From: an uncultured Akkermansia sp.
GTDB lineage: Bacteria > Verrucomicrobiota > Verrucomicrobiia > Verrucomicrobiales > Akkermansiaceae
DNA: 64,000 nucleotides
Direction: 5' to 3'
Assembly: GCA_947601655.1 (NCBI GenBank)
Contig: CANQGG010000005.1
Location: 4,309-68,308, forward strand
Positions within the stretch are counted from its first letter, which is position 1, and every line of letters begins with the position of its first letter. Made by a program: the position numbers and the translations under genes. Under the pieces are notes generated by a model, which searched no databases, was not told where the DNA came from, and saw only the letters and a program-made list of their open reading frames with translations. Positions 17,938-27,366 of the stretch are shown piece after piece.

Positions 17938-20074
17938 GCCCCAGACAAATAGCCATACCCATATCGTGAGTCACACTGAAGGAGGTGAAGGCCAGCACTC
18001 CAAACATACACAGTGTGGTAGAGAAGGACAACCCCACTGCCACACCAGTACGAGCGTTGCGAGGCAGTCCCGCACAGAAAATGGAGTAGTCGTACCCTAA
18101 ACCAACCACCAAAAAGCAGGCCAGCACATGGAAAAGTGACAGAGGCACCCCCAGCCACGCTAATCCGGCAAACACAGATACGACACCAGCCACGGGAGGC
18201 CCGCTAATCAGCAGCGCCGCACGGAAGCCATAAAAACACAATTGTACCAGCATCCCCAGCAGAAGCACCCCTCCCAGTTGCCACATCAGCAATACGCGCC
18301 AGCGGCGTATGTGCGCCTCCAGCTCTGCAAAGCGATCTGCCGGCTGCACATACTTCCCAGCATATTCCGTCAATCGTTCCCTGTACTTGCCGGGCACCAA
18401 CACAGTGCCGCAGCGTGCATCCCACAAGGAGGCCAAATAAGCAAACGATGGGCATGCCGCAAACAGCTTATCAGGCGTCAATAGCTGCAGGGATTTCGGC
18501 AGATCTAACGGCAATTCGTCGGCAAAGCGATCAGACAACGCCTGCACCATGGCAAAGTTCTGCTGCTGGCGCGCGGCGGATGGTACCACGGAGGCTACAC
18601 ATGTGATAGGAATTCCATCCTTTGCTAAACGTTCGGCCAATTGTTCCTGCCGTTGTAACACCTGCTCTTCATTGTCGCCATGAACCAAGAGCACGCCGAC
18701 GCCTTGTTCCATACCGTTAAGTTCTGCCATTTTACGTTCCGCAGCCAACAAATCGGCAGGGGGTTCGTAAAAACTACGCAAGTCATCGCACACCGTCAAA
18801 CGGCACAATGCCAGTCCCGCCAATACCAAGGCAAGCAGCCAGGGCACCAAACCGTGCACGCGCCACCGCTGCTGTGCTTTCTCCGTAAAACGCAGCAATG
18901 CAGGCGAAACCGGCACCGGCACATGCCTCGCATACGCGCGTGGGTACACCGCAAAAATAACTAGGATGGCCGTGCATAGTCCCACCACGGATACGGTGGC
19001 TATCTGCCCCAATAAATCAATACCCGACGAGTAAAACATAGCATAGCCCAAACAACTGGTGGACAATCCCAATAGCAACGAAATCGCCAAGCCCCGACCT
19101 ACCCGGGAATCGGCATTGAGGCTGTGCGCCACCAAATAATGCACCATGTAATCCGTAGATATGCCCACCAGAGAGCATCCAAACACCAAGGCCAATATGT
19201 GCACTTCGCCATGTATGGCAACTACGGCAGCTACGGAAACCAACGCGCTGCACAACACAGTTAACACCATGATCAGCAAGCCTCGTAAGCTGGAAAACAC
19301 CCATAAAAACACAAACATGACCATCACGGTAGAGCATATGCCCAACCAACTCATGGCCGAAGAGGCGGACGAGGCCGCCAAAAATGTATGCACCGGAGTA
19401 CCGCTTATCCGGACCTCCAAGACGTGGCATTGCTCCATCAACGGCTGCAAATAACGAGCCAGCTCCGCAGGGGAACCCTGCACGGATTCCGGCAACAGCA
19501 AGGGGATGTAGCCGTAATATTTGCCGTCTCGCTGTGCCAGCAACAGATCGCCTTGGGGCACAAAGGCACCGCGCTTCAATATCGGACTCTCCAGCAAAAA
19601 AGTAGTGGCAAAGGCGTACGGATCTTCATCCGCTGCGTAGAAGCTCAACGACACAAATCCATATAAATTTGCCATACCTTCCTCGTGCAGTTCCTCAAAA
19701 CGTTCTTGCTCCAACATGCAGCGATGCCTCGCAGAAAGCAACTGAAAACGGTAGGGGCGAAAAGCCTCTTTCAATTCATCAAGGGTGCTCTTACCCAATG
19801 CAGGCTGCACCCCGGCCGGCAAATCGGCACAAAGAGAGCTCAATCGCTGCGTCACCTCTTGCTCACTGTCACCCTCTGCCAACAAATGGATTTGCCTGCC
19901 ACCGGCGCGAGCCATTCGCTCGAATGCAGCTCCACCGGGGCTGTCAGTTTGTGGCAACAGGGCCAAAAAATCAGTCTGCACATGCACACCTTTCAGCAGC
20001 AATATCACCGCTGTTGCCGTCAACAACAGCAACAACGCTCCCAGCGTACCATATCGCTGCAATTTTTCGAACAT
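17855..20074 (-). CDS. MMPL/RND-like lipid exporter (ApeM-like)
   Basis: Two repeats of TM clusters with GISTDY and GLGYDYSIF motifs. Confidence 0.8.
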   Translation of the reverse strand: MFEKLQRYGTLGALLLLLTATAVILLLKGVHVQTDFLALLPQTDSPGGAAFERMARAGGRQIHLLAEGDSEQEVTQRLSSLCADLPAGVQPALGKSTLDELKEAFRPYRFQLLSARHRCMLEQERFEELHEEGMANLYGFVSLSFYAADEDPYAFATTFLLESPILKRGAFVPQGDLLLAQRDGKYYGYIPLLLPESVQGSPAELARYLQPLMEQCHVLEVRISGTPVHTFLAASSASSAMSWLGICSTVMVMFVFLWVFSSLRGLLIMVLTVLCSALVSVAAVVAIHGEVHILALVFGCSLVGISTDYMVHYLVAHSLNADSRVGRGLAISLLLGLSTSCLGYAMFYSSGIDLLGQIATVSVVGLCTAILVIFAVYPRAYARHVPVPVSPALLRFTEKAQQRWRVHGLVPWLLALVLAGLALCRLTVCDDLRSFYEPPADLLAAERKMAELNGMEQGVGVLLVHGDNEEQVLQRQEQLAERLAKDGIPITCVASVVPSAARQQQNFAMVQALSDRFADELPLDLPKSLQLLTPDKLFAACPSFAYLASLWDARCGTVLVPGKYRERLTEYAGKYVQPADRFAELEAHIRRWRVLLMWQLGGVLLLGMLVQLCFYGFRAALLISGPPVAGVVSVFAGLAWLGVPLSLFHVLACFLVVGLGYDYSIFCAGLPRNARTGVAVGLSFSTTLCMFGVLAFTSFSVTHDMGMAICLGLSVAYGLSTAATGAAVRPCKVSCGPMR

Positions 20075-20682
20075 CAAATCTTAAAAGGTTCTGAGGGTAC
20101 TTTTTGCCCATGTTTTACAGACTTAAATTGCACAACAACGTGGCCTTGGCACGCAGATTCGTACTCCACACGGCATACATTCCCCTTTTCCACCTCCACC
20201 AACAACATGTGCAAATCCATTTCCGCACGCCTGGCCTGCAAGCCCAACACTGTTTTATCCCCACTCATGCCGTACGTTACGCGGAAAGCTCGCGTAAGGT
20301 CTTCCAACTTCTCCGGGGCAGCGCCGTCAAAAAAAACGGTTGTGTATTGTGCCGCAGGACTACCGGATAAATCGGTGCGCCTTAATTCCTGACCTTTAGA
20401 TCCATAGAGCACTAAACTTTCTTTAGAAATAATCATGGCGTTCCGCACCGGCGACTCCGTACGCCACATCATCCCCACGCCACGGCGAAATTCAAAGGTA
20501 CCCCGGCTGCGCAATACACGCCCTGACGGCATGATACGCACTTGCTCAAAACAGGCCGTGGTGTACGGGGCAAAATTAAAATCGGCATGCAAGCGTTCAA
20601 AGTTGCGTACCTCTGTCGTGGGGAACCCCGTCGGCATCGCTACCGATGCACCTGCACATAACAGCATTAAAAAAAATTTCAT
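20074..20682 (-). CDS. LolA-like outer-membrane lipoprotein carrier (ApeL-like)
   Basis: Signal peptide; FEQVRIMPSGRVLRSRGTF, GMMWRTESP. Confidence 0.72.
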   Translation of the reverse strand: MKFFLMLLCAGASVAMPTGFPTTEVRNFERLHADFNFAPYTTACFEQVRIMPSGRVLRSRGTFEFRRGVGMMWRTESPVRNAMIISKESLVLYGSKGQELRRTDLSGSPAAQYTTVFFDGAAPEKLEDLTRAFRVTYGMSGDKTVLGLQARRAEMDLHMLLVEVEKGNVCRVEYESACQGHVVVQFKSVKHGQKVPSEPFKI

Positions 20683-21590
20683 GCCCAATACGAATAAAAG
20701 TTAAACCAATTAGCGGGGTAAAGCAAGCACCACTCCTCCAGCGTATGCACAAATTCATGGGCAAGCTGAGCAGTTTTAGCGCCGCCTCTCTCTCGGCTCA
20801 GGCAACGCACATGCAAATCGTACATTCCGCAATGTTCAGCCAAGCAAAATGTAAAGACCGGGCAGCGCAAAGCCGCAGCCCAGCTAAAGCAGCCACGGGG
20901 AAAAGCAGTTTTGCACCCCAAGAAAACTTCTTGCAACTCTGCACGTTGTCCCTCCCGCCACAGGCGATCGCCGGCCATCACCACAATGGCTCCGGCCTCC
21001 AGCTTCTGCGCCATCAGAATCGACATCCCTACCCCAAGCCCATGCACGTCGTGCACGAACAAATCGCTGCAGCTGGCATAGCGGCTTTGCATGCGCATAA
21101 ATACCTCGGTAGCGGCCGTATCCATGAATACATGAACTTCGCCTCCGCCTTTTTGCGCAGGCTCTGCAAAAAGCACACGCAACATATCAAAACAGCCCAA
21201 GTGAGACGCTATGCAAAATACCCCTTCGCCGCGGCGGTAACACCCCATGAGCTCCTGCGCTGCCTCGGGGGTGCAAATACGCACGCGCTCCCGTTCAAAC
21301 AGGCCCATGCGGCAGGCCAAGCGGTCTGCTATGGTGTATGCAAAGGTCAATAAATGGCAAAACGAAGAACAGCCGCGCCGCCCGGTATAAACGCGCCATT
21401 GTTGCAAAAAAGAAGCAGACGCTCGTCTTGCACGACGCAAAAACGGGTACGCAAACAGCATTACCACCCACACCAAGCAACGGCATGCGCGTTGCCCCAA
21501 ACAGCGGTATACCCACATAAGCAGTGAAATGCCCACTTTGCACACCGGCACCTCACGCTGGGAGACAGCACTGGCTAACTCCGCCGACAT
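20679..21590 (-). CDS. LpxL/HtrB-like acyltransferase (C-terminal half of ApeJ-like)
   Basis: ASHLGCFD (H-X4-D), MAGDR, FPRG, WFNFY. Confidence 0.8.
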   Translation of the reverse strand: MSAELASAVSQREVPVCKVGISLLMWVYRCLGQRACRCLVWVVMLFAYPFLRRARRASASFLQQWRVYTGRRGCSSFCHLLTFAYTIADRLACRMGLFERERVRICTPEAAQELMGCYRRGEGVFCIASHLGCFDMLRVLFAEPAQKGGGEVHVFMDTAATEVFMRMQSRYASCSDLFVHDVHGLGVGMSILMAQKLEAGAIVVMAGDRLWREGQRAELQEVFLGCKTAFPRGCFSWAAALRCPVFTFCLAEHCGMYDLHVRCLSRERGGAKTAQLAHEFVHTLEEWCLLYPANWFNFYSYWA

Positions 21591-22648
21591 TGCAAAAGGG
21601 AATACTGGTATTTACCCAATGCATGCCATTCGTCACAGAGGCTCAACCCTGCTTCGTGCACACATTCAGTCATTTCTGAGGCAGTGTAAAACTTGCTGTT
21701 ACCATTAGCCATGCAGGTGAAATACAGGGAGCCCTGAGCGAGAGAATAGGCGGCGGCTTCAAATGTTTGCTTGTCAATAAAAGGCTCTGCAATAAAAATG
21801 GAGCCCCCGGGGGACAAAGCTGCCGCAGCTTTACGCAAGATGCTCACTATTTGTTCGTGCGAGAAACAATCCAAGAATTGAGACATCCACACCACTGTGG
21901 CACCACTCGGCCATGCGGCATCGCTAAGCACATTAACGGAAGCGAAACGGCAATGCTCCCCTGCCCAAGCCAGATTTTTCTGCGCCATGGCGTTCTGCTC
22001 GGGTAAATCTATAATAGTTACAACGGATTCGGCAGATTGCTCCAGCAGTGCACGAGCAAACTTGCCAGTATTACCGCCTACATCAAACACCAGACTCAAA
22101 TCCGCATGGGCTCTCATCAAGCTAATCGCCTCTGCGAAAAACGCATCGGAGTACAAGTGATCAAAAGCAAACCAACTGGAACGTGCCGGCTCCGGTAGTT
22201 GAAAAAGGCCTTCATATATCGTCGGCCAAGCGCCAAATACCTCCAGCCCGCAGGGGCGAGACTGTTCCAGCGACTCGCCCAATCGCTCCGCCCCCGCATA
22301 GCACACATCTGCCACAAAATTAAAATTGCGACTTGTCATTTCGTCCTCCACGAGACAATACGCCACATCGGTGGCTGTCACCTCGCCCTGTGCATCCTCC
22401 GCCAACACCCCGGCCGTCACCCCGGATTCCACCAACACATCGGCCACATAACGCCCGTATTTCTGCTGCAAATCGCGACGGCTGCAGCCATTACATGCCA
22501 GCAAATGCTTCAGCATACCCAAACGCATCATCGCGCGAACAGACTGAAAGACAAGAGGTCCAAATGCAATACGCTGCGCATCGGCCAATGCTCTGATCAT
22601 TCGGGGAGGGGTATGTCTGTTTCGGTAGTTCCTCAACATGGGTAACAC
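21575..22648 (-). CDS. SAM-dependent methyltransferase (Methyltransf_2-like)
   Basis: FDVGGNTG, IDLP, WMSQFLDCF; GTG start 6 nt after TTGAGC-17-TACGAT. Confidence 0.85.
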   Translation of the reverse strand: MLPMLRNYRNRHTPPRMIRALADAQRIAFGPLVFQSVRAMMRLGMLKHLLACNGCSRRDLQQKYGRYVADVLVESGVTAGVLAEDAQGEVTATDVAYCLVEDEMTSRNFNFVADVCYAGAERLGESLEQSRPCGLEVFGAWPTIYEGLFQLPEPARSSWFAFDHLYSDAFFAEAISLMRAHADLSLVFDVGGNTGKFARALLEQSAESVVTIIDLPEQNAMAQKNLAWAGEHCRFASVNVLSDAAWPSGATVVWMSQFLDCFSHEQIVSILRKAAAALSPGGSIFIAEPFIDKQTFEAAAYSLAQGSLYFTCMANGNSKFYTASEMTECVHEAGLSLCDEWHALGKYQYSLLQCRRS

Positions 22649-23126
22649 ATTTGTATCGTAATATGGGCTACAAACTTGCTCAAAATTTGTACCACAACTT
22701 GGTTACTTCTTCAAGTGCATTCATCTGGATTGCCTTAATAATACGGTCACTGGATTGCCACTCTTCGTGAGTCTTGACAATATGAGAAAAGCAGGATGCC
22801 TCATAAATCAGACATGAGCTCATTCTCATATCATTCAAAATGAGCGAACAAACAATCTAAAGCTACTCGCTTCCAATGAAATAAAGCACAAAAAAACTTC
22901 GGTAAGCGTTTTTTGAAGAAATGCGGCAGGGCAAACGCATTAGGAAATGCGTTTGCCTATGTACGATTTGGGGAGTTCCCGCGCGAAGCGCGCGAATAAT
23001 TTTGCGAAGAGCGCTTGTTGTCATGATTTTTGATGCGTGTAAACGATCATATCAGTCCATAAGATCATTTTCTCTGTTGATCAAATTCTCTCAAATGCGT
23101 TTGCCCCGAGGAATGCGGCACGGAGG

Positions 23127-23155
23127 TTGACAAGGCACATGTGTGATGTTACACT
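23127..23155 (+). promoter_or_regulatory. Promoter of the ACP operon
   Basis: TTGACA-17-TACACT, 10 nt before the ATG at 23166. Confidence 0.8.
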
Positions 23156-23165
23156 CCTGCGTACC

Positions 23166-23438
23166 ATGACAGACTCAACAGAAAACCTTATCAGCGAGCT
23201 TCAGAAGCTCGTGGTAGAGGCTCTCGACTTAGAAGATATTTCCCCCGAAGAAATTGGTGCGGATACTCTGCTTTTCTCTGATAACGGGCTGGGTTTAGAT
23301 TCCATTGATGCCATGGAGCTGGGTGTGGCGCTTAAAAGACGTTATAAAATAACGATCAACGCCGAAACCGAAAATGTGGACCAACATTTTGCCACATTGG
23401 CCTCACTTGCAACCTTCATCCGTTCTCAAACAAACTGA
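23166..23438 (+). CDS. Acyl carrier protein 1 (ApeE-like)
   Basis: GLGLDSIDAMELG phosphopantetheine site. Confidence 0.9.
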   Translation: MTDSTENLISELQKLVVEALDLEDISPEEIGADTLLFSDNGLGLDSIDAMELGVALKRRYKITINAETENVDQHFATLASLATFIRSQTN

Positions 23439-23474
23439 ACGCCTGCCAACAACTTACACCGCGATAGCATAAAG

Positions 23475-23726
23475 ATGACCAACAAAGACATAGACACGTA
23501 CGTGCGCACGCTGCTGGAGCAAAATTTTGATTGCGACACCAGCATTTTGAACAACGAGACCAACCTGTTCGAGACCTACGACTTAGACAGCATTGATGCC
23601 GTGGATCTGATTGTAGAAGTACAAAAGAAGTACGCTGTCAGCCTCTCTGCGGAGGATTTCAAGGGCATCCGTAACTACGGTGAGTTAATAGACGTCATCA
23701 CCAAAGCCGTAGCTAAGGCAAACTGA
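23475..23726 (+). CDS. Acyl carrier protein 2 (ApeF-like)
   Basis: YDLDSIDAVDL. Confidence 0.9.
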   Translation: MTNKDIDTYVRTLLEQNFDCDTSILNNETNLFETYDLDSIDAVDLIVEVQKKYAVSLSAEDFKGIRNYGELIDVITKAVAKAN

Positions 23727-23734
23727 CGCGGCAC

Positions 23735-24304
23735 ATGCGCCTTGCGCTCAAAATAGTAGCCATACTTGCCATGGTACTCTACCCACTTCTTATATTGTGG
23801 GTTTTGTATTATCAGCGTGAACACCTACCGATAGCATGTTTGGTTGGTATAGTTGTGCTGGTGACTGTTGCCCTGCTGTGCCGGAACCGAAGCAAGCGTA
23901 AGATGCTAATAACGCTGACTGCATTGCTAATACTGGGGGCTGTAAGAATATCCGACAACCCGCAGTATTTCAAGCTGTACCCTCTGATGATATCCGGCTT
24001 ATTGCTGTTTCAATTTGCGTGGTCTCTTCGTTATCCGCCCAGCATGATAGAGCAATTTGCCCGACTGGCACAACGCGGCATAAAGCTTTCCCCGCAAGCC
24101 TGTGCCTACTGTCGCAAGGTGACGTGGGTTTGGGTGGGATTTTTCTGCCTCAACATCGCGCTCTCTGCCCTAACCGCGCTTTACGACAGCTGGGGGCTGT
24201 GGGCTCTTTACAACGGTGGCATTTCGTACGTGCTTATTGGCCTGCTAATGGGCGGAGAATGGCTGGTACGCCGCTACATGCAAGCCAAAACGGCAAATAA
24301 ATAA
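23735..24304 (+). CDS. COG4648-type membrane protein (ApeG-like)
   Basis: YP...SMIEQFARL, YCRKVTWVW, WALYNGGISY, GEWLVR. Confidence 0.8.
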   Translation: MRLALKIVAILAMVLYPLLILWVLYYQREHLPIACLVGIVVLVTVALLCRNRSKRKMLITLTALLILGAVRISDNPQYFKLYPLMISGLLLFQFAWSLRYPPSMIEQFARLAQRGIKLSPQACAYCRKVTWVWVGFFCLNIALSALTALYDSWGLWALYNGGISYVLIGLLMGGEWLVRRYMQAKTANK

Positions 24305-24314
24305 AAATCCAGCC

Positions 24315-26009
24315 ATGATTCTTCCCTCCGCCTATTTTCGAGCGTCCATACCGACAGACCAGGCGGTTTTCCGTATTAAAAACCGCACCATCACTCACCG
24401 GCAATACAGGCAACATACGGAGCAACTAGCCCACGTACTCGCCCAAATAAAGTCGCAAACAGTGGCATTGATGACGGAAAACAACTACTTCTTCGCTGTA
24501 GCGCTCATGGCGGCGTTGCACGCCGGGCTCAACATCATCCTCCCCGGCAACATCTGTGCCGCCACTGCTCAAAAGCTGCAAGAAGAAGGGGTCATCGTGG
24601 TATCGGACCTCGCTTTAACCGGAGCCATCCCCATTTGCGGGCATCAAAATGCCGGGCACTCCCTGCCCGCATTTGCACCGGCCTCTGCCCACCTGTGGTT
24701 TTATACCTCCGGCAGTAGCGGCGAGCCAAAACGCATTCACCGCACCTTTGCCAATTTGGAAGAAGAGCTTCGGTTGCTGCAAGACATTCTGCCGGAAGGC
24801 GAAGAGGCCGAGGTATTCTGCACGTCGTTTTTCCACCACGCCTACGGCATTATTTTTGGTTTACTGCTGCCGCTGAGCCGGGGCATCTTGTGCGATACGG
24901 CGGCGTTTGTCTCTCCGGTAGATTTCCTGGCGCGAGTTGATAAACTTACCCCGCCCCGAACGCTGGCATGGGTAGTAACCACACCCTCCTTCATCCGAGT
25001 CTGGGCAGCCAACACAGATCTATGCAAGATTAGCCCGCGCCCCTTACGTATTCAATGTGCAGGGGCACCGCTCCCTATGGAGGCGGCAGCACACATTCAA
25101 CGCAAGACCAATGCCACGTTTGTGGAAATTTATGGCAGCTCAGAAGCAGGTCTTGTCGCTCATCGCAACCCACTCGCCACCCGAGAATGGACGCCTTTTC
25201 GCGGAGTAGCACTCACCCCTTCCGCCGATGGAAGCATGTGCATTGACAGCCCTTGCATCCCTCCGGGCGAGCATGCATACCCCGGCGATAATGCCCAATT
25301 GCTACCCAACGGCAATTTTTTACTGCTGCCACGGACCGACAACGTGGTAAAAATTGCAGATAAACGCATTTCATTGTGTGAAATAGAGCAGCACCTGGAG
25401 GACTCCGAGTTCGTAGAACAAGCTGCTGTCTTGAAACAAGAGAGAAAAACGCGCTCGATTTTGGCTGCGGTAGTAGTGCCCACCCCTGCAGGTATGGGGC
25501 TTTTGCGCCAACAAGGAGGCCAAGCCTACCGCAAAGCCCTTGCCGGGCATCTGGCCCAGCGTCTGCCCGCCGTGCTTATCCCAAAAAAATGGCGTTTCAT
25601 GGGCAATATGCCTACTAATTCTCGTGGAAAAACGGACACTGCAACACTTCATCGATTATTCGACACCAAAGACTATTTACCGGTGCTGACCACCTTAGAC
25701 GCCACTCCTGAACGCTTGGTTGTTAAAGCTCTCTATCTAAAAGACAGTCCGTGGGTGGCGGGGCATTTTCCGGGGCGTCCCATTGCTCCCGGTGTTCTTA
25801 TCTTGTGCAGCCTTTCCACGCTAACAAAGCAGCATTGGGGTACAGACATTCGCTGCATTCAACGGATTAAATTCAATAATCCCGTGGTTCCCGGAGACGA
25901 AGTGTACCTCATTCTCAGACGCAGAGAAGAACGGCTGAACGTTCTGCTGAGTCGCACGCCCGATGGCAGCACCCCTGCTTGCAAAGGCATTTGCCATTTG
26001 GCAAACTAA
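24315..26009 (+). CDS. AMP-dependent acyl-ACP synthetase fused to a C-terminal FabA/Z-like dehydratase (ApeH+ApeI-like)
   Basis: FYTSGSSGEPK, EIYGSSE, PKKWR; C-terminal GHFPGRPIAPGV. Confidence 0.82.
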   Translation: MILPSAYFRASIPTDQAVFRIKNRTITHRQYRQHTEQLAHVLAQIKSQTVALMTENNYFFAVALMAALHAGLNIILPGNICAATAQKLQEEGVIVVSDLALTGAIPICGHQNAGHSLPAFAPASAHLWFYTSGSSGEPKRIHRTFANLEEELRLLQDILPEGEEAEVFCTSFFHHAYGIIFGLLLPLSRGILCDTAAFVSPVDFLARVDKLTPPRTLAWVVTTPSFIRVWAANTDLCKISPRPLRIQCAGAPLPMEAAAHIQRKTNATFVEIYGSSEAGLVAHRNPLATREWTPFRGVALTPSADGSMCIDSPCIPPGEHAYPGDNAQLLPNGNFLLLPRTDNVVKIADKRISLCEIEQHLEDSEFVEQAAVLKQERKTRSILAAVVVPTPAGMGLLRQQGGQAYRKALAGHLAQRLPAVLIPKKWRFMGNMPTNSRGKTDTATLHRLFDTKDYLPVLTTLDATPERLVVKALYLKDSPWVAGHFPGRPIAPGVLILCSLSTLTKQHWGTDIRCIQRIKFNNPVVPGDEVYLILRRREERLNVLLSRTPDGSTPACKGICHLAN

Positions 26010-26812
26010 GGTCGAGATTCTCCGCAAGGCTCCCTCTGTTCATTCGCTCCCGGCACTTCTAAAATGCAGGCGGCTGTTTGTTGAGACAAACGTACGGCCG
26101 CGGCATGATGACTTTCCCCCGGTTGCACATCGGCATGTATCGGGGGGAGCATATTAAGGCTAAAACGAGGACAATGCTCTCCCACATACCACCAAGGGTA
26201 TTCTTTGGTAAGAAACGGCATATCCGTTTGGATGCGAATCGGCTGTAAGGGAGCCCCTGTCAACAAGCTCATATGAAAGGCACCGCGCTGCATGTGACTT
26301 TTAACCCCGGGTGTGGTGCGTGTTCCCTCAGGGAAAATGATGATGTTGAAGCCTTGCTGCAGGCATTTTTTTGACTGTTGCAAGAAATATGAGATATCCC
26401 CATTATTGATGATACAAAGTCCCCGCAAAATGGGGCGCAAAAAGCGCCAACGCAGCAATTTAGGTTTAACCACCAACTTACAACCGGGTATAATGGATGC
26501 CAAAATCACCACATCAATCAGCGAAGGATGGTTGGTCACCACAATGGAGTTCCGTAACTGCGCCATTTTAGCACGCTCCGGTACATGCAGGGATAAATTG
26601 CGTGTTACCCGTAACAACAAGCACATCAGCTTCCAGGACCACTGCAACACACGCATCCCCACCAACACACGGCACCGCTCATTCAAAAAGGGACTCACCA
26701 ATAAAAGAAACAAGGAGATACAAGCTCCTCCCACACCAAAGCACACATAGTCCAACACCGCCAGCACGCAACGCACCCGTGTGGACAAACTCATGGGCGG
26801 CACCGGTTTCAT
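26006..26812 (-). CDS. 1-acyl-sn-glycerol-3-phosphate acyltransferase family (ApeD-like)
   Basis: NHPSLID, FPEGTRT. Confidence 0.85.
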   Translation of the reverse strand: MKPVPPMSLSTRVRCVLAVLDYVCFGVGGACISLFLLLVSPFLNERCRVLVGMRVLQWSWKLMCLLLRVTRNLSLHVPERAKMAQLRNSIVVTNHPSLIDVVILASIIPGCKLVVKPKLLRWRFLRPILRGLCIINNGDISYFLQQSKKCLQQGFNIIIFPEGTRTTPGVKSHMQRGAFHMSLLTGAPLQPIRIQTDMPFLTKEYPWWYVGEHCPRFSLNMLPPIHADVQPGESHHAAAVRLSQQTAACILEVPGANEQREPCGESRP

Positions 26813-27366
26813 ATTTGCTGCAAAAGTTCATTCACCGTATGAGGCAATGGTCGCAAAACGCTATGGGATTCAAGCACTACCGCAACGGCACTCACGACTT
26901 CCTGCTCCATTTGCTGTTCGTCGCCATACACAAACAGGCAGGGGCCATCGGCACTGCGTAAAGCGGCCTCAAACATCCCCATTCGCAAGGTATCTTCGCC
27001 CGCAGCCAAGGTGGTACTATTATCGCAATTGCCGGTTACCAAACCCAACAACGAAGCCGGGGCATTGTGCACCGACACAGAAAAACCGGCGGGCGACATC
27101 TCCCCGTATTGCTCATATTCAGCAAACAGGTTCAAAGTTCGGGCTATCTCACCATAGCGGCTGGCATACACCACCGGGTACTGCAACACCTCCTCGCCCA
27201 CAACCGCCGCCACACGAGAGACGCAACTAAGCACAGCACGGCTCAGGCGACTCATACGCCGTGGCAAACTCTTAGGCAAAGATGCCATCGGCGGTCGTTC
27301 TGCCGCATCGCCCGGTTGCCAAACCTCGGCATGCCGCACACGGTATGGAAGCATCAGCTCGGCCAT
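26809..27366 (-). CDS. Ketosynthase chain-length factor (ApeC-like)
   Basis: RRMSRLSR, ASRYGE, SPAGFSVSVHNA; no catalytic Cys. Confidence 0.82.
   Translation of the reverse strand: MAELMLPYRVRHAEVWQPGDAAERPPMASLPKSLPRRMSRLSRAVLSCVSRVAAVVGEEVLQYPVVYASRYGEIARTLNLFAEYEQYGEMSPAGFSVSVHNAPASLLGLVTGNCDNSTTLAAGEDTLRMGMFEAALRSADGPCLFVYGDEQQMEQEVVSAVAVVLESHSVLRPLPHTVNELLQQI

Noticed and set aside
20669-20676. A8 tract in the LolA-like signal peptide as a phase switch
   Set aside because: Short, and explained by Phe/Leu codons; no supporting evidence
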